Source of the DNA: a virus
Taxonomy: Duplodnaviria; Caudoviricetes
Reading direction: 5' to 3' (one strand)
IMG/VR virus record: IMGVR_UViG_3300020450_000008
DNA: 64,000 nucleotides
Part shown: in pieces, positions 19,220-28,681 of the stretch
How positions within the stretch are numbered: position 1 is the first letter of the stretch
How the letters are laid out: each line of letters opens with the position of its first letter
Position numbers and translations under genes: made by a program
The notes under the pieces: generated by a model
The model's input: the letters and a program-made list of their open reading frames with translations, nothing else
Told to the model about the DNA's origin: nothing
Database searches by the model: none

Positions 19220-19586
19220 TTATTTAAAAAGTATAACTGATTCCAAAGAAGACATCATGGTTGATGATCTTGCAGAAAAAGATTATAATGCATTTATGGT
19301 TAACAGAGGGCTATCATATTATAATGATACTGTCATATATGCAAATGAAATGAATAAGAATTCTCATATAGATTCCAGATTACAATTTGATTTCTTAAAA
19401 CAAATAATAAGAAAAAGAAAAAGATTCTCTAAATGGAATAAAGCAGATAAATTAGCTGATATAGAAGTTATTAAAGAATATTACGGTTATTCGAGAGATA
19501 AAGCTTATCAAGTTCTTCCTTTATTATCTAAAGATAAAATTGATCATCTTCGAAAGAAGATCAGTAAAGGTGGTAGAAATCCGTAG
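19206..19586 (+). CDS. gp62: Clamp loader small subunit
   Basis: FDYLKSI, YNAFMVNRGLSY, QFDFL...RKRKRFSKW, IKEYYGYS, KGG C-terminus. Confidence 0.92.
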   Translation: MNHFDYLKSITDSKEDIMVDDLAEKDYNAFMVNRGLSYYNDTVIYANEMNKNSHIDSRLQFDFLKQIIRKRKRFSKWNKADKLADIEVIKEYYGYSRDKAYQVLPLLSKDKIDHLRKKISKGGRNP

Positions 19587-19589
19587 ATT

Positions 19590-19597
19590 TATAAATA
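19590..19597 (+). promoter_or_regulatory. T4-type late promoter upstream of regA
   Basis: TATAAATA within inverted repeat cgtagat...atctacg (19582-19605). Confidence 0.6.
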
Positions 19598-19625
19598 GAT
19601 CTACGAACAATATAATAAAATAACC

Positions 19626-20051
19626 GTGAGTTTTAAAATGGAAGAACAACAGACTCTTATTGAGTGGAAGCCGGAAGAAATGTTAGAAGTTTCCCTCAAT
19701 GAACCTGACGATTTTTTAAAGGTCAGAGAAACACTTACCAGAATCGGTGTAGCATCAAGAAAAGACAAAAAGCTTTATCAATCTTGCCATATACTACATA
19801 AGCAAGGTCGATATTTTATCGTGCATTTTAAAGAACTTTTTTTATTAGATGGAAAAAAATCTAATTTAGAAGAATCAGATATAGCTAGAAGAAATACAAT
19901 AGCAACTCTTATGAGTGATTGGGGCTTAGTAACAGTAGATAATTTAGATAATCTCGCACCACTAGCGCCCTTAAGACAAATTAAAATTATATCATTTAGA
20001 GATAAAAACGCATGGGAACTTTGTCCGAAGTACAACATCGGGAAAAAGTAA
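19626..20051 (+). CDS. regA: Translational repressor RegA
   Basis: PDDFLKVRETLTRIGVAS, LYQSCHILHKQGRYFIVHFKELF, WELCPKYNIG; start may be ATG 19638. Confidence 0.96.
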   Translation: MSFKMEEQQTLIEWKPEEMLEVSLNEPDDFLKVRETLTRIGVASRKDKKLYQSCHILHKQGRYFIVHFKELFLLDGKKSNLEESDIARRNTIATLMSDWGLVTVDNLDNLAPLAPLRQIKIISFRDKNAWELCPKYNIGKK

Positions 20052-20917
20052 GATTTTACATTTGGACAGATAATAGGTTAACGTATGACTATTATCTGTT
20101 CGATGAAAAATTTACTAATTGCTTTACATCAGTTGAAACAATATTCAGAGATGTTAACGTAGATTATTTTTCAAAATTCAATCCTTCTGAATATAACTTA
20201 ATAGTACTTCCTGTGTGGGATATGGATTCATATTATCATTTGATATACAATATGTCAGATAATTTAAGATCTTTCGCGGTATCAAAAAATATACCAATAG
20301 TACTAGCGGCAGGTGATTCAAATATTTTAGAGGGTAAAGAATTTGATAAACTAAAAACTTGCGGCATACCTTCAAAAAGTTTAAAAATACTAGTAAATGA
20401 ATCTGAAATAAAAAATGATTACATAATATCAATAAATGCTTTTCCTGCAAAGCTTTATAATTTTTTTGGATGGAAACTTCATTATGATTATTTTGAAGCG
20501 TTTAATGTACTACAGCCATTAGATAAAGACTATTATGTTTCAAAAGATGATACGGTGTCTCAATGGTTTGAAACATGGCAGATTAGAAGTTCTGCAATAT
20601 CAGTTTTAGATAAAAAAGTTGAGTATTGGAAAGCTTTAATGTTAGGTGCTCCTTTTATATGGAATTCAGATAAAAAATTAAAAACTTACTTTGAATCATT
20701 TGGTTTTAAAATGTATCCATGGATTGATTACTCGTTTGATGGAGATCCAAAGAAAGTAAAAAAAGAATTAAAAAGACTTTTAAATATCGATAATATTAGA
20801 CTATTTGTTAAAAAAAATTCTTATTATATTAATTTACATAATAAAAGATTATTTCATAAGATAGCATTAAAAGATGATAACTATTCATTTTTTGCAAAAC
20901 AGGTATTTACTTTTTGA
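20012..20917 (+). CDS. Hypothetical protein (glycosyltransferase-island-type family)
   Basis: 301-aa ORF; KALMLGAPFI...FGFKMYPWIDYSFD resembles a motif common in marine T4-like accessory proteins; true start uncertain. Confidence 0.4.
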   Translation: MGTLSEVQHREKVRFYIWTDNRLTYDYYLFDEKFTNCFTSVETIFRDVNVDYFSKFNPSEYNLIVLPVWDMDSYYHLIYNMSDNLRSFAVSKNIPIVLAAGDSNILEGKEFDKLKTCGIPSKSLKILVNESEIKNDYIISINAFPAKLYNFFGWKLHYDYFEAFNVLQPLDKDYYVSKDDTVSQWFETWQIRSSAISVLDKKVEYWKALMLGAPFIWNSDKKLKTYFESFGFKMYPWIDYSFDGDPKKVKKELKRLLNIDNIRLFVKKNSYYINLHNKRLFHKIALKDDNYSFFAKQVFTF

Positions 20918-20934
20918 ATAAATTATGGTATAAT
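20906..20934 (+). promoter_or_regulatory. Early/middle promoter TTTACT-N17-TATAAT (hsp20)
   Basis: Recurring motif. Confidence 0.65.
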
Positions 20935-21006
20935 AATATTATATATAGTTATAGGCGCTGAATAATCAGGCCTTAAATTTTAACCTTGCTAAATTAGGAG
21001 GCAACA

Positions 21007-21465
21007 ATGACTGGTACTTTTATGTTCCCTAGGAACGCTTTTTTAGGTTTCGACCATCTTTTTGACGAACTCGAAAAAATCACAAATCACGCAAATGACT
21101 CATACCCACCTCACAATGTAATTAAACATGGTGATCACAAGTATGATATAGAATTAGCGATTGCTGGATTCTCTAAGGACGATATTAATATCGAACTAAA
21201 AGAACACGTATTAACGATTAAAGGTGATAGTGGTAAAGAGAAAGATAAAAAATATGTCCACAAAGGCATATCAGGTCGAAAGTTCTATAAATCGTTCAGG
21301 TTATCAGAGTACGCAGAAGTCAGTGGTGCAGATCTAACGGATGGAATCTTAACTGTCAGTATCGAAGTTATTCTACCGAAAGAGAAGCGACCCCAACTTA
21401 TTGAAATAGGAACGGGGAGAAAAACCAATGGCAGTAGTGCTCAATTACTTAATGAAGATCTTTAA
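21007..21465 (+). CDS. hsp20: Small heat-shock protein (Hsp20/IbpA family)
   Basis: FLGFDHLF, YPPHNV, IELAIAGF, YVHKGISGRKF, A.LTDGILT. Confidence 0.93.
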   Translation: MTGTFMFPRNAFLGFDHLFDELEKITNHANDSYPPHNVIKHGDHKYDIELAIAGFSKDDINIELKEHVLTIKGDSGKEKDKKYVHKGISGRKFYKSFRLSEYAEVSGADLTDGILTVSIEVILPKEKRPQLIEIGTGRKTNGSSAQLLNEDL

Positions 21466-21589
21466 TTCAACTAAACTAAATGCTCAGGAGAGATTTCTTT
21501 CACTATCGAAAGATACTGCTGATCTTGAAAGAAGAACTAAAGAACTTATACATTCAACTAAAATACCTACATACAGGTATTGGATTTAA
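21428..21589 (+). CDS. Small protein, DUF3563-like (53 aa; not in ORF track)
   Basis: MAVVLNYLMKIFNSTKLNAQERFLSLSKDTADLERRTKEL...; the ERFLS.SKD..DLERR pattern resembles proteobacterial DUF3563. Confidence 0.45.
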   Translation: MAVVLNYLMKIFNSTKLNAQERFLSLSKDTADLERRTKELIHSTKIPTYRYWI

Positions 21590-21593
21590 TCTA

Positions 21594-21624
21594 GGGAGCG
21601 GGCTTCGGCCCGCTCTAAACTTTT
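21594..21624 (+). terminator. Rho-independent terminator-like hairpin
   Basis: ggagcgggc-ttcg-gcccgctct, then aaactttt. Confidence 0.7.
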
Positions 21625-21640
21625 AAAAGAGGATAGAACA

Positions 21641-21916
21641 ATGTCAGCTATAGCAACAGCTTTTTTAGAAAGAACCTGTCATATATGCGATGCCGTAAAT
21701 CTTTTTGTATATAAGTTATACATAAAAGCAAAGTGGAGTAAAGAACTTCGTAGAAACTATAATGCGTTTGAAAACCTACTTAGTAAATACGATAGTGAAG
21801 CAGGTTATCATTTAACAAGAATGAACGAAGCAACTAACGAAAAATATCAAAACAAATTAAATGCAACTAAACTAAAACCTTTTAAGTGGGGTTGGGAAGA
21901 TAATGGAGATGACTAA
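21641..21916 (+). CDS. Hypothetical protein
   Basis: 91-aa ORF with GAGGA RBS. Confidence 0.55.
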   Translation: MSAIATAFLERTCHICDAVNLFVYKLYIKAKWSKELRRNYNAFENLLSKYDSEAGYHLTRMNEATNEKYQNKLNATKLKPFKWGWEDNGDD

Positions 21917-21917
21917 T

Positions 21918-22352
21918 ATGAAAAACTTTTATTTAATTCTGATAACAATGTGTTTTATGGGTGGTATGTTTTTATCTGCGAATGCTGCAGATATGTCAAT
22001 AGATATGCTGAACAAACAAGGTAAAGAAAAAATGTTATACAGTGTTAACGTAGCTGAAGTTGACGTTGGAGACACTATTACCTGGCAGCCAAAAGATAAA
22101 GGACATAACGTACAGTTTATCGCTGGTCCTGATGGATGGAAACTTCCAAAGAAGTCTAAGATGAATGCTGTAGTTGAAATTACTTTTGATACTCCAGGTA
22201 TGTATCTTTATCAGTGTACACCACACGCAACAATGGGCATGATCGGCGTTGTAATAGTTGGTGGTGACGTATCTAATAAAGATGCTATTGCTAAAGTTAA
22301 AATTAGAGGCAAAAGTAAAAAGAAACTGAAGAAAATACTGAAAGATATTTAA
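21918..22352 (+). CDS. Pseudoazurin-like type-1 blue copper protein with signal peptide
   Basis: GDTITW, GHNV, YQCTPHATMGM give the His-Cys-His-Met copper ligands; hydrophobic N-terminus ending ANA-A. Confidence 0.88.
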   Translation: MKNFYLILITMCFMGGMFLSANAADMSIDMLNKQGKEKMLYSVNVAEVDVGDTITWQPKDKGHNVQFIAGPDGWKLPKKSKMNAVVEITFDTPGMYLYQCTPHATMGMIGVVIVGGDVSNKDAIAKVKIRGKSKKKLKKILKDI

Positions 22353-22367
22353 ACTATAAATTATATT

Positions 22368-22790
22368 ATGAAAATGAAAATACCCGAATTTTGTTTATCA
22401 CAGTGGCTATTAAGACTACCCTTAGCCATTGTGTTCATTCAACAAGGACTTGACAAGATTCCTGTTGATATTGAAACCGCAGAATCATTTGAACTATCCT
22501 ACTTAGTATGGTGGTTTGTAGCTTATGGAGAACTGTTAGCTGGAATCGGATTACTAGTAGGAGGTTTGATGACCAAACCCTACCTTCCAATATTAAATAG
22601 ATGTTATATACCTGACATTGGCGATATGTTAACACGATTTAGTGGTATCACGATGTGTTGTATAATGACTGGTGTCATATGGATTGGCGAGCCAGCAAGC
22701 TTTATGGACGTTCTTCTCTATGATAACCTACATGTCTTTTTATGGGTAGGTGGAACATTTTTTGCTCTACGTGGTAACAGAGCAAAGTAA
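22368..22790 (+). CDS. DoxX-family membrane protein
   Basis: LLRLPLAIVFIQQGLDK, VAYGELLAGIGLLVG; about four TM segments. Confidence 0.75.
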   Translation: MKMKIPEFCLSQWLLRLPLAIVFIQQGLDKIPVDIETAESFELSYLVWWFVAYGELLAGIGLLVGGLMTKPYLPILNRCYIPDIGDMLTRFSGITMCCIMTGVIWIGEPASFMDVLLYDNLHVFLWVGGTFFALRGNRAK

Positions 22791-22808
22791 CACACACAGG
22801 AGGACAAT

Positions 22809-23042
22809 ATGTCTAAAAACCCGTACGAGATACGTCTCGAAACACTTCGCATGGCGAAAGAAATGCTTGATAGATCATTTGAAATGAAATACGATTTCAT
22901 GCGTGAAATGATTGAGCAAGCCAAAGAAACTAATCAACCTATTAAAGATGCATACGACAAGTATGTACCTGATATGTTTAAACCAGAAGAGGTTGTCAAA
23001 AAAGCTGATGAACTCTATAACTATGTGTCAGCCAAAAAATAG
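22809..23042 (+). CDS. Conserved hypothetical phage protein
   Basis: MSKNPYEIRLETLRMAKEML...KKADELYNYV; GGAGG RBS. Confidence 0.65.
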   Translation: MSKNPYEIRLETLRMAKEMLDRSFEMKYDFMREMIEQAKETNQPIKDAYDKYVPDMFKPEEVVKKADELYNYVSAKK

Positions 23043-23043
23043 G

Positions 23044-23072
23044 TTTACAATTCAACTAAATTATGATATAAT
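23044..23072 (+). promoter_or_regulatory. Early/middle promoter TTTACA-N17-TATAAT (gp43)
   Basis: Exact motif. Confidence 0.7.
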
Positions 23073-23078
23073 TACAGT

Positions 23079-25610
23079 ATGAAATCTTTTTATACTTCCG
23101 TAAATCGCTATGGCAATTCTATACTTTATCGTGGTTACAACGAAAATGGAGCTGCCATAGCTCAAAGATATAAATTTTCACCTACACTCTATACACCATC
23201 AAAGAAACCTACCAAGTTTAAAGGCTTTGATAGTGGATATGTTGCACCATTAAGTTTTCCAACTATGAGGGATGCTAAAGAATGGCTGGAACAATATCAA
23301 GAGATGGAAGGTGTAAATATATTTGGCACAAAAAATTATATACATCAGTTTATTACAGAAAAATTTCCTGATAAAATAGACTTTGAGCCAAATGCTATCA
23401 ATGTTGTTAACTTCGATATAGAAGTTGCATCTGATTCTGGATTTCCAGTTCCGGAACAAGCGGCATATCCAATCACAGCAATCACAGTTAAATCAAGTCA
23501 ATCTTCAGTATATCAAGTCTGGGGTTGTGGCGAATACAGCTCAGAAAAATGTGAAATAGAACTATATGGAAATCTGATTCAATATCACAAGTGTAAGAAT
23601 GAAACAGAATTACTTGCTAAGTTTCTTGGTTATTGGATAAAAAATTATCCTGATGTTATAACAGGTTGGAATACTCGATTCTTTGATATTCCATACATTG
23701 TAAATCGTATAAAAAATGTTGGTGGTGAAGCAGCTGCTAATAGATTATCTCCTTGGAAATTAGTAAGTGAAAGAAACCTAATGATTGGCGGCCGTATGAA
23801 TTATGGCTATGACATAACTGGCATTCAACAAGCAGACTATTTAGAATTATTTAGAAAGTTTGGATATTCATATGGTCCACAAGAATCATATCGTCTTGAT
23901 CATATCGGTCATGTTGTACTTGGTGAACGCAAACTTTCTTTTGAAGAACATGGTAGCTTATTAAATCTGTATAAAAATGATCATCAAAAATTTATTGATT
24001 ATAATATTAAAGATGTTCAATTAGTAGATCGAATCGATCAGAAGATGGGACTTATTAATCTAGTATTTACTATGGCTTATAGAGCTGGTGTTAATGTTAC
24101 AGATACATTTGGCACTACAGCAATATGGGAATCAATCATTTATCGTAGATTACAGAAAAATAATATCATAAGCCCTATTGATCAAATTAAAAAAGTCATT
24201 TATCAAAATAAATCAAATGCAAATGTTATTGAAGGTGGCTATGTTAAGGAACCTCAAGTTGGTGCACATGACTGGGTGGTATCATTTGATCTAAACTCTC
24301 TATATCCAAACATAATAGTTCAGTCTAATATATCACCCGAAACTTTAATTAAAGATAAATCATTCGGTCATTACGAACAAGATGTCCAACACTATCTTAA
24401 CAGTAAAGATAAAACGTCAAAAGAATATTCTATATGTGCAAGTGGTGTTCCTTTCTCTCATGAAAAACAAGGTATCATACCAGAGTTAATTGTTGAATAT
24501 TATGCAGAACGTACACAAATTAAAAAGAAAATGTTAGAAGCTAAATCTGCATATGAAAAAGAAAAGTCTCGCCAACTTGAAGCAGAAATTAATCAACTTG
24601 AAAATAATCAAATGGCCATCAAGATCTTATTGAACTCTCTTTATGGCGCATTGGCCAATAAGTACTTTAAGTATTTTGATAATGCTCTTGCCGAAAGTGT
24701 TACACTTACTGGTCAGCTTTCGATTAAATGGGCAGAAAAAGCTATCAATCAAGAGATGAATAAAGTTCTTAAGACTGGTAATAAAGACTATGTTATAGCA
24801 ATCGATACCGATTCTTTATACATTAACTTTGGTCCACTTGTGCAAAAGCTAAATCCAAAAGATCCAGTTGCGGCTATTGATAAACTATGCCAAACACATT
24901 TTGAAAAGAAACTTGCTGAGGCTTATGATAAACTATTTAATAACTTAAATGGTTATACACCTAGAATGGAAATGGGTAGGGAGGTTATTGCTGATCGTGG
25001 AATCTGGACAGCTAAGAAAAGATATATTCTTAACGTACATAACTCAGAAGGCGTACAATATGCTGAACCTAAACTTAAGATTATGGGTATTGAAGCTATC
25101 AAATCTTCTACACCAGAAGTTGTTCGTAATAAATTTAAAGAGGCATTCAAGATTATAGTGTCAGGTGATGAGTTAAAAACTCGTCAGTTTATTAATGATT
25201 TTAAAGAAGAGTTTAAACTACTTTCTCCAGAGATGGTATCATTTCCAAGAAGTGTACAAAATGTCGGTAAGTGGAAAGATAGAATACACATTTATTCTAA
25301 AGGTACTCCAATTCATGTTCGTGGCGCGCTTTTATATAATCATCATGTATCAGATCTTTTCCTCGATAAAAAATATTCTCAAATCAGCTCAGGCGATAAG
25401 ATAAAATTTTCTTATCTCAGATTACCAAATCCTATCAAAGAAAATGTTATATCGTTTCCTGACTTCTTACCACAAGAATTCAAGCTTCATAAATATATCG
25501 ATTATGATACTCAATTTGATAAAACATTTATCGAGCCACTCAATCCAATACTTGAAGCGGTTGGGTGGTCAGTAAAAGAACAAGCAACCTTAGAGGAGTT
25601 TTTTGGATGA
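23079..25610 (+). CDS. gp43: Family B DNA polymerase
   Basis: Exo FDIEV, GWN..FFD, YNIKD; pol SFDLNSLYP, KILLNSLYG, AIDTDS; C-terminal TLEEFFG. No intron or intein visible. Confidence 0.98.
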   Translation: MKSFYTSVNRYGNSILYRGYNENGAAIAQRYKFSPTLYTPSKKPTKFKGFDSGYVAPLSFPTMRDAKEWLEQYQEMEGVNIFGTKNYIHQFITEKFPDKIDFEPNAINVVNFDIEVASDSGFPVPEQAAYPITAITVKSSQSSVYQVWGCGEYSSEKCEIELYGNLIQYHKCKNETELLAKFLGYWIKNYPDVITGWNTRFFDIPYIVNRIKNVGGEAAANRLSPWKLVSERNLMIGGRMNYGYDITGIQQADYLELFRKFGYSYGPQESYRLDHIGHVVLGERKLSFEEHGSLLNLYKNDHQKFIDYNIKDVQLVDRIDQKMGLINLVFTMAYRAGVNVTDTFGTTAIWESIIYRRLQKNNIISPIDQIKKVIYQNKSNANVIEGGYVKEPQVGAHDWVVSFDLNSLYPNIIVQSNISPETLIKDKSFGHYEQDVQHYLNSKDKTSKEYSICASGVPFSHEKQGIIPELIVEYYAERTQIKKKMLEAKSAYEKEKSRQLEAEINQLENNQMAIKILLNSLYGALANKYFKYFDNALAESVTLTGQLSIKWAEKAINQEMNKVLKTGNKDYVIAIDTDSLYINFGPLVQKLNPKDPVAAIDKLCQTHFEKKLAEAYDKLFNNLNGYTPRMEMGREVIADRGIWTAKKRYILNVHNSEGVQYAEPKLKIMGIEAIKSSTPEVVRNKFKEAFKIIVSGDELKTRQFINDFKEEFKLLSPEMVSFPRSVQNVGKWKDRIHIYSKGTPIHVRGALLYNHHVSDLFLDKKYSQISSGDKIKFSYLRLPNPIKENVISFPDFLPQEFKLHKYIDYDTQFDKTFIEPLNPILEAVGWSVKEQATLEEFFG

Positions 25611-26338
25611 CAAATTATGTTTTCGATGTGGATGGAACACTTACACGTAGTAGGGGAAGAATAAATGAAGGATTTAGAAGATTCTTCTTAAAATTTATTC
25701 AAGATCATAAAGTATATCTTGTTACTGGAAGTGACTACTATAAGACAGTAGAACAAGTTAGTCGTGAGGTCACTGAATCAGTTGAAAAGGTATTTAATTG
25801 TTCTGGGAATAGTGTTTGGAGAAAAGGTTTAAATATTCAAAAAACGGATTGGAGTATTCCTATGGAAGTAAAGGACTGGCTTAAAAAGAAACTTAATGAA
25901 AGTAAGTTTGATTTAAGAACTGGAAATCATATAGAAGAGCGACCAGGACTTGTAAACTTTAGTACCATAGGTAGAGGCTGCAACTTAGAACAAAGACAAT
26001 CGTATGTAAAGTTTGATAGCATACATGAAGAAAGAGAAAAGATTACAAAAGAATTTAATGATAAATTTAAAGATATTACTGCTCAGGTTGCTGGAGAAAC
26101 TGGGATAGATATTATACCAGCTGGAAAAGATAAAAGACAAGTAGCATTTATGATTGATGGACCTATAACATTTTTTGGTGATAAAATGAAATATGGAGGA
26201 AATGATTATCCATTGAAATTTGCCATAGAAGGTCGTGCTGATTCAGGTGCTATAGAAGTTAAAGATTGGGAACAAACGCATAGATACTTACAACAAATAC
26301 AAATTTTCAGTTTACAAGAAGCTGTCGGTATGGTATAA
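25607..26338 (+). CDS. HAD-IIB hydrolase, phosphomannomutase-like
   Basis: FDVDGTLT, LVTGSD, IEERPGLVNFS, FFGD...GGNDY; ATG 25607 overlaps the gp43 stop. Confidence 0.8.
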   Translation: MTNYVFDVDGTLTRSRGRINEGFRRFFLKFIQDHKVYLVTGSDYYKTVEQVSREVTESVEKVFNCSGNSVWRKGLNIQKTDWSIPMEVKDWLKKKLNESKFDLRTGNHIEERPGLVNFSTIGRGCNLEQRQSYVKFDSIHEEREKITKEFNDKFKDITAQVAGETGIDIIPAGKDKRQVAFMIDGPITFFGDKMKYGGNDYPLKFAIEGRADSGAIEVKDWEQTHRYLQQIQIFSLQEAVGMV

Positions 26339-26339
26339 T
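26311..26339 (+). promoter_or_regulatory. Early/middle promoter TTTACA-N17-TATAAT
   Basis: Exact motif inside the 3' end of the HAD gene. Confidence 0.65.
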
Positions 26340-26359
26340 ATACTTGGAAGGATAAAATT

Positions 26360-26773
26360 ATGAGTACACATTGGTCAAAAGATATTAGTGATATGCATCA
26401 AAAGTTTGGTGTTAATAAATGGTTTACTAAAAATAAATCAAACAAAGAGATTATGAAAAAATATCTTATGTTTCGAATGCTTATGTTAAATGAAGAACTA
26501 CATGAAACGATGCAAGCTGTAAATAGTGAAAACCCAGAAGAAATAGTAGATGGTTTGATAGACATATGTGTATTTGCAATAGGTACTCTCAATGTTTTAG
26601 AAGTTGATGCTGATAAAGCTTGGGATGCCATACATAATGCAAACATGGCAAAAGAACCTGGCGTAAAAGCTGGTAGACCTAATCCTTTCGGTATGCCAGA
26701 TCTATTAAAGCCAGAAGGTTGGAAAGGACCTGATCATAGCGACAATCATGGAAGTATCAGCGACATTCTTTAA
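26360..26773 (+). CDS. All-alpha NTP pyrophosphohydrolase (MazG/HisE-like)
   Basis: EELHE...EEIVDGLID acidic motif; AWDAIHNANMAK; KPEGWKGP. Confidence 0.8.
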   Translation: MSTHWSKDISDMHQKFGVNKWFTKNKSNKEIMKKYLMFRMLMLNEELHETMQAVNSENPEEIVDGLIDICVFAIGTLNVLEVDADKAWDAIHNANMAKEPGVKAGRPNPFGMPDLLKPEGWKGPDHSDNHGSISDIL

Positions 26774-27677
26774 ATCAATATACGATAATAAAACACATCG
26801 TAGAATGGATTTCCCAAACTTTCCTAAGTTTGAGGAGTTCCTATATAAATTATCTGAAAGAAAACTTGGAGGCAAAAATGATGCAGAACTTATGTGTCCA
26901 GCTACGTTCACTAAAGATACTACCCGAGCCAATAGAAACGTATTGGATTGGGCAGGCTGGGCTGCTGTTGATGTTGACGATTATGAATTCAAAGGGGATA
27001 TAAAAGATGCTTTACGCGATACAATTGGCTCTTTCCATTACATTTGTTATAGTACTGCTAGCAGCCGAGAAAGTCTTCCAAAGTTTCGTATTGTCTTTCC
27101 AACTCGAGAAAGAATTGGAGCAGGCAACATCAGAGCTTTCTGGTATGCTCTCAACTCAAAGCTCGAGTCAATTGGTGATAAACAAACTAAGGACCTCTCA
27201 CGCATGTATTATACTCCTGCTACGTATAATGGCGCTTTCAACTTTATCTTTACTAATGCTGGCTCTATTTTAAATCCAGCTGATCTAATAGAAAAATATC
27301 CATACGTTGAGAAAAATACAGGTAAAACATTCTTGGATAGATTACCCGAAGCTTTACAAAAGCAAATAATACAACATCGTAAAGATAAAGCTGAAAATAG
27401 AGATATACGATGGAATCATTACAGTGATTGTCCGTTCTGGCCACAAAGACTCGCATCAGAATACAAAGTAATAAGTAACACAGGTTGGTATCATAAGATG
27501 TATCAAATTATGGTTGCCACTGCAAGTAAAGCAATTCAAAGAGAATATCCTATTACATCTACAGAGATATCAGAAATGTGTAAAGCATTTGATGCTGATA
27601 ATGGTAATTGGTACCAGAATAGACCTATTGATAAAGAAGCGGATAGAGCAATTGAATATGCATATAAAAATATGTAA
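26748..27677 (+). CDS. Putative AEP-superfamily primase-polymerase-like protein
   Basis: AAVDVDD, YSTASS...PKFRIVFP, D..TKDLSRMYY.P motifs; C-terminal helical domain. Confidence 0.55.
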   Translation: MEVSATFFKSIYDNKTHRRMDFPNFPKFEEFLYKLSERKLGGKNDAELMCPATFTKDTTRANRNVLDWAGWAAVDVDDYEFKGDIKDALRDTIGSFHYICYSTASSRESLPKFRIVFPTRERIGAGNIRAFWYALNSKLESIGDKQTKDLSRMYYTPATYNGAFNFIFTNAGSILNPADLIEKYPYVEKNTGKTFLDRLPEALQKQIIQHRKDKAENRDIRWNHYSDCPFWPQRLASEYKVISNTGWYHKMYQIMVATASKAIQREYPITSTEISEMCKAFDADNGNWYQNRPIDKEADRAIEYAYKNM

Positions 27678-27684
27678 AAAAGTA

Positions 27685-27713
27685 TTTACTTTTGTCAAAA
27701 AGTTTGTTATAAT
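27685..27713 (+). promoter_or_regulatory. Early/middle promoter TTTACT-N17-TATAAT
   Basis: Recurring motif upstream of the 27736 operon. Confidence 0.65.
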
Positions 27714-27735
27714 AGAATTAGAATGGAGGTAAAAA

Positions 27736-28104
27736 ATGAAAGAATCAGTTAAAGTTTTACAAGAATGCGCTCAAATGCAAACTAAAAAATCAGCTGACTA
27801 TCAAAGCGATGAGTCAAGTGTATTACAAGCAATGCACTATCGTCGTGGCGTTGATACAATACACGATATTATAGTTGGCAAACTTATGCGTGCTACATCA
27901 TTACTTGAATCAGGCAACTCACCAAACTTTGAATCACTTGAAGATAGTTATAAAGATATGATTAATTATGCATCATTTGCAGTATCTTATATGCGTGGTA
28001 AGATGGAAGGCCAAAGACAAGATCGTGATATGTTTAATAAACCAATTGACCCATCAGCGACAGTTGAAATTGTTGAAGAACCAATTGAGGCGCATGACGA
28101 ATAA
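27736..28104 (+). CDS. Nucleotide-modification-associated domain protein (DUF1599/Nmad1-like)
   Basis: LQEC..MQ.KKSADY ... ESLEDSYKDMINYASF helical pattern. Confidence 0.55.
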   Translation: MKESVKVLQECAQMQTKKSADYQSDESSVLQAMHYRRGVDTIHDIIVGKLMRATSLLESGNSPNFESLEDSYKDMINYASFAVSYMRGKMEGQRQDRDMFNKPIDPSATVEIVEEPIEAHDE

Positions 28105-28337
28105 TGGCCGGAGCAATCAATACACCTTTAAGACAACTTATTATGGATTGGAGTGCATGCCAATTGTTAGAGAAAGATCCTGATAATATTGTTCTTAAAA
28201 AACTTAGATCTTGGGAGCATCCTGAAACAATAGAACTAAATAAACTATTAACACAATTTGAAAAAGATGGAAAATATCCAGAACACTATAATTTAGACTG
28301 GGGTTCAATTAATTATGAAGAGTTTATAAAAGAATGA
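28104..28337 (+). CDS. Hypothetical protein
   Basis: 77-aa coupled ORF. Confidence 0.5.
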   Translation: MAGAINTPLRQLIMDWSACQLLEKDPDNIVLKKLRSWEHPETIELNKLLTQFEKDGKYPEHYNLDWGSINYEEFIKE

Positions 28338-28681
28338 AAGCTGGAAAGATATGGGGTCAAACAGAACTAATCCATGCAAATGGTGTTCTAGAGTTTCATC
28401 GCATTGAATATAAAAAAGGCTTTAAATGTTCAGAGCATGAACATCAATTTAAATGGAATGGATTCTATGTTGAGTCCGGACAAATGCTTGTAAGAGTCTG
28501 GCAAGACGATCAAGAAGGATTAGTTGATGAAACTATATTAAATCCTGGAGACTTTACGCAAGTGAAACCTGGCAAGATTCATCAGTTCGAAGGACTTGAA
28601 GATGGAATTGCATTTGAACTTTATTGGGCTGAATTCAATCACAACGATATAGTTCGAAGAACTGTAGGAACAAAAGTATGA
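28334..28681 (+). CDS. Cupin-fold protein (sugar isomerase/epimerase-like)
   Basis: KIWG, CSEHEHQFKWNGFYVESG, PGKIHQF cupin motifs. Confidence 0.75.
   Translation: MKAGKIWGQTELIHANGVLEFHRIEYKKGFKCSEHEHQFKWNGFYVESGQMLVRVWQDDQEGLVDETILNPGDFTQVKPGKIHQFEGLEDGIAFELYWAEFNHNDIVRRTVGTKV

Noticed and set aside
23079-25610. Introns, inteins or homing endonucleases in gp43, uvsW, gp46, gp41 or thyX
   Set aside because: All frames are continuous and of ordinary length, with no LAGLIDADG, HNH, GIY-YIG or intein splice motifs seen.
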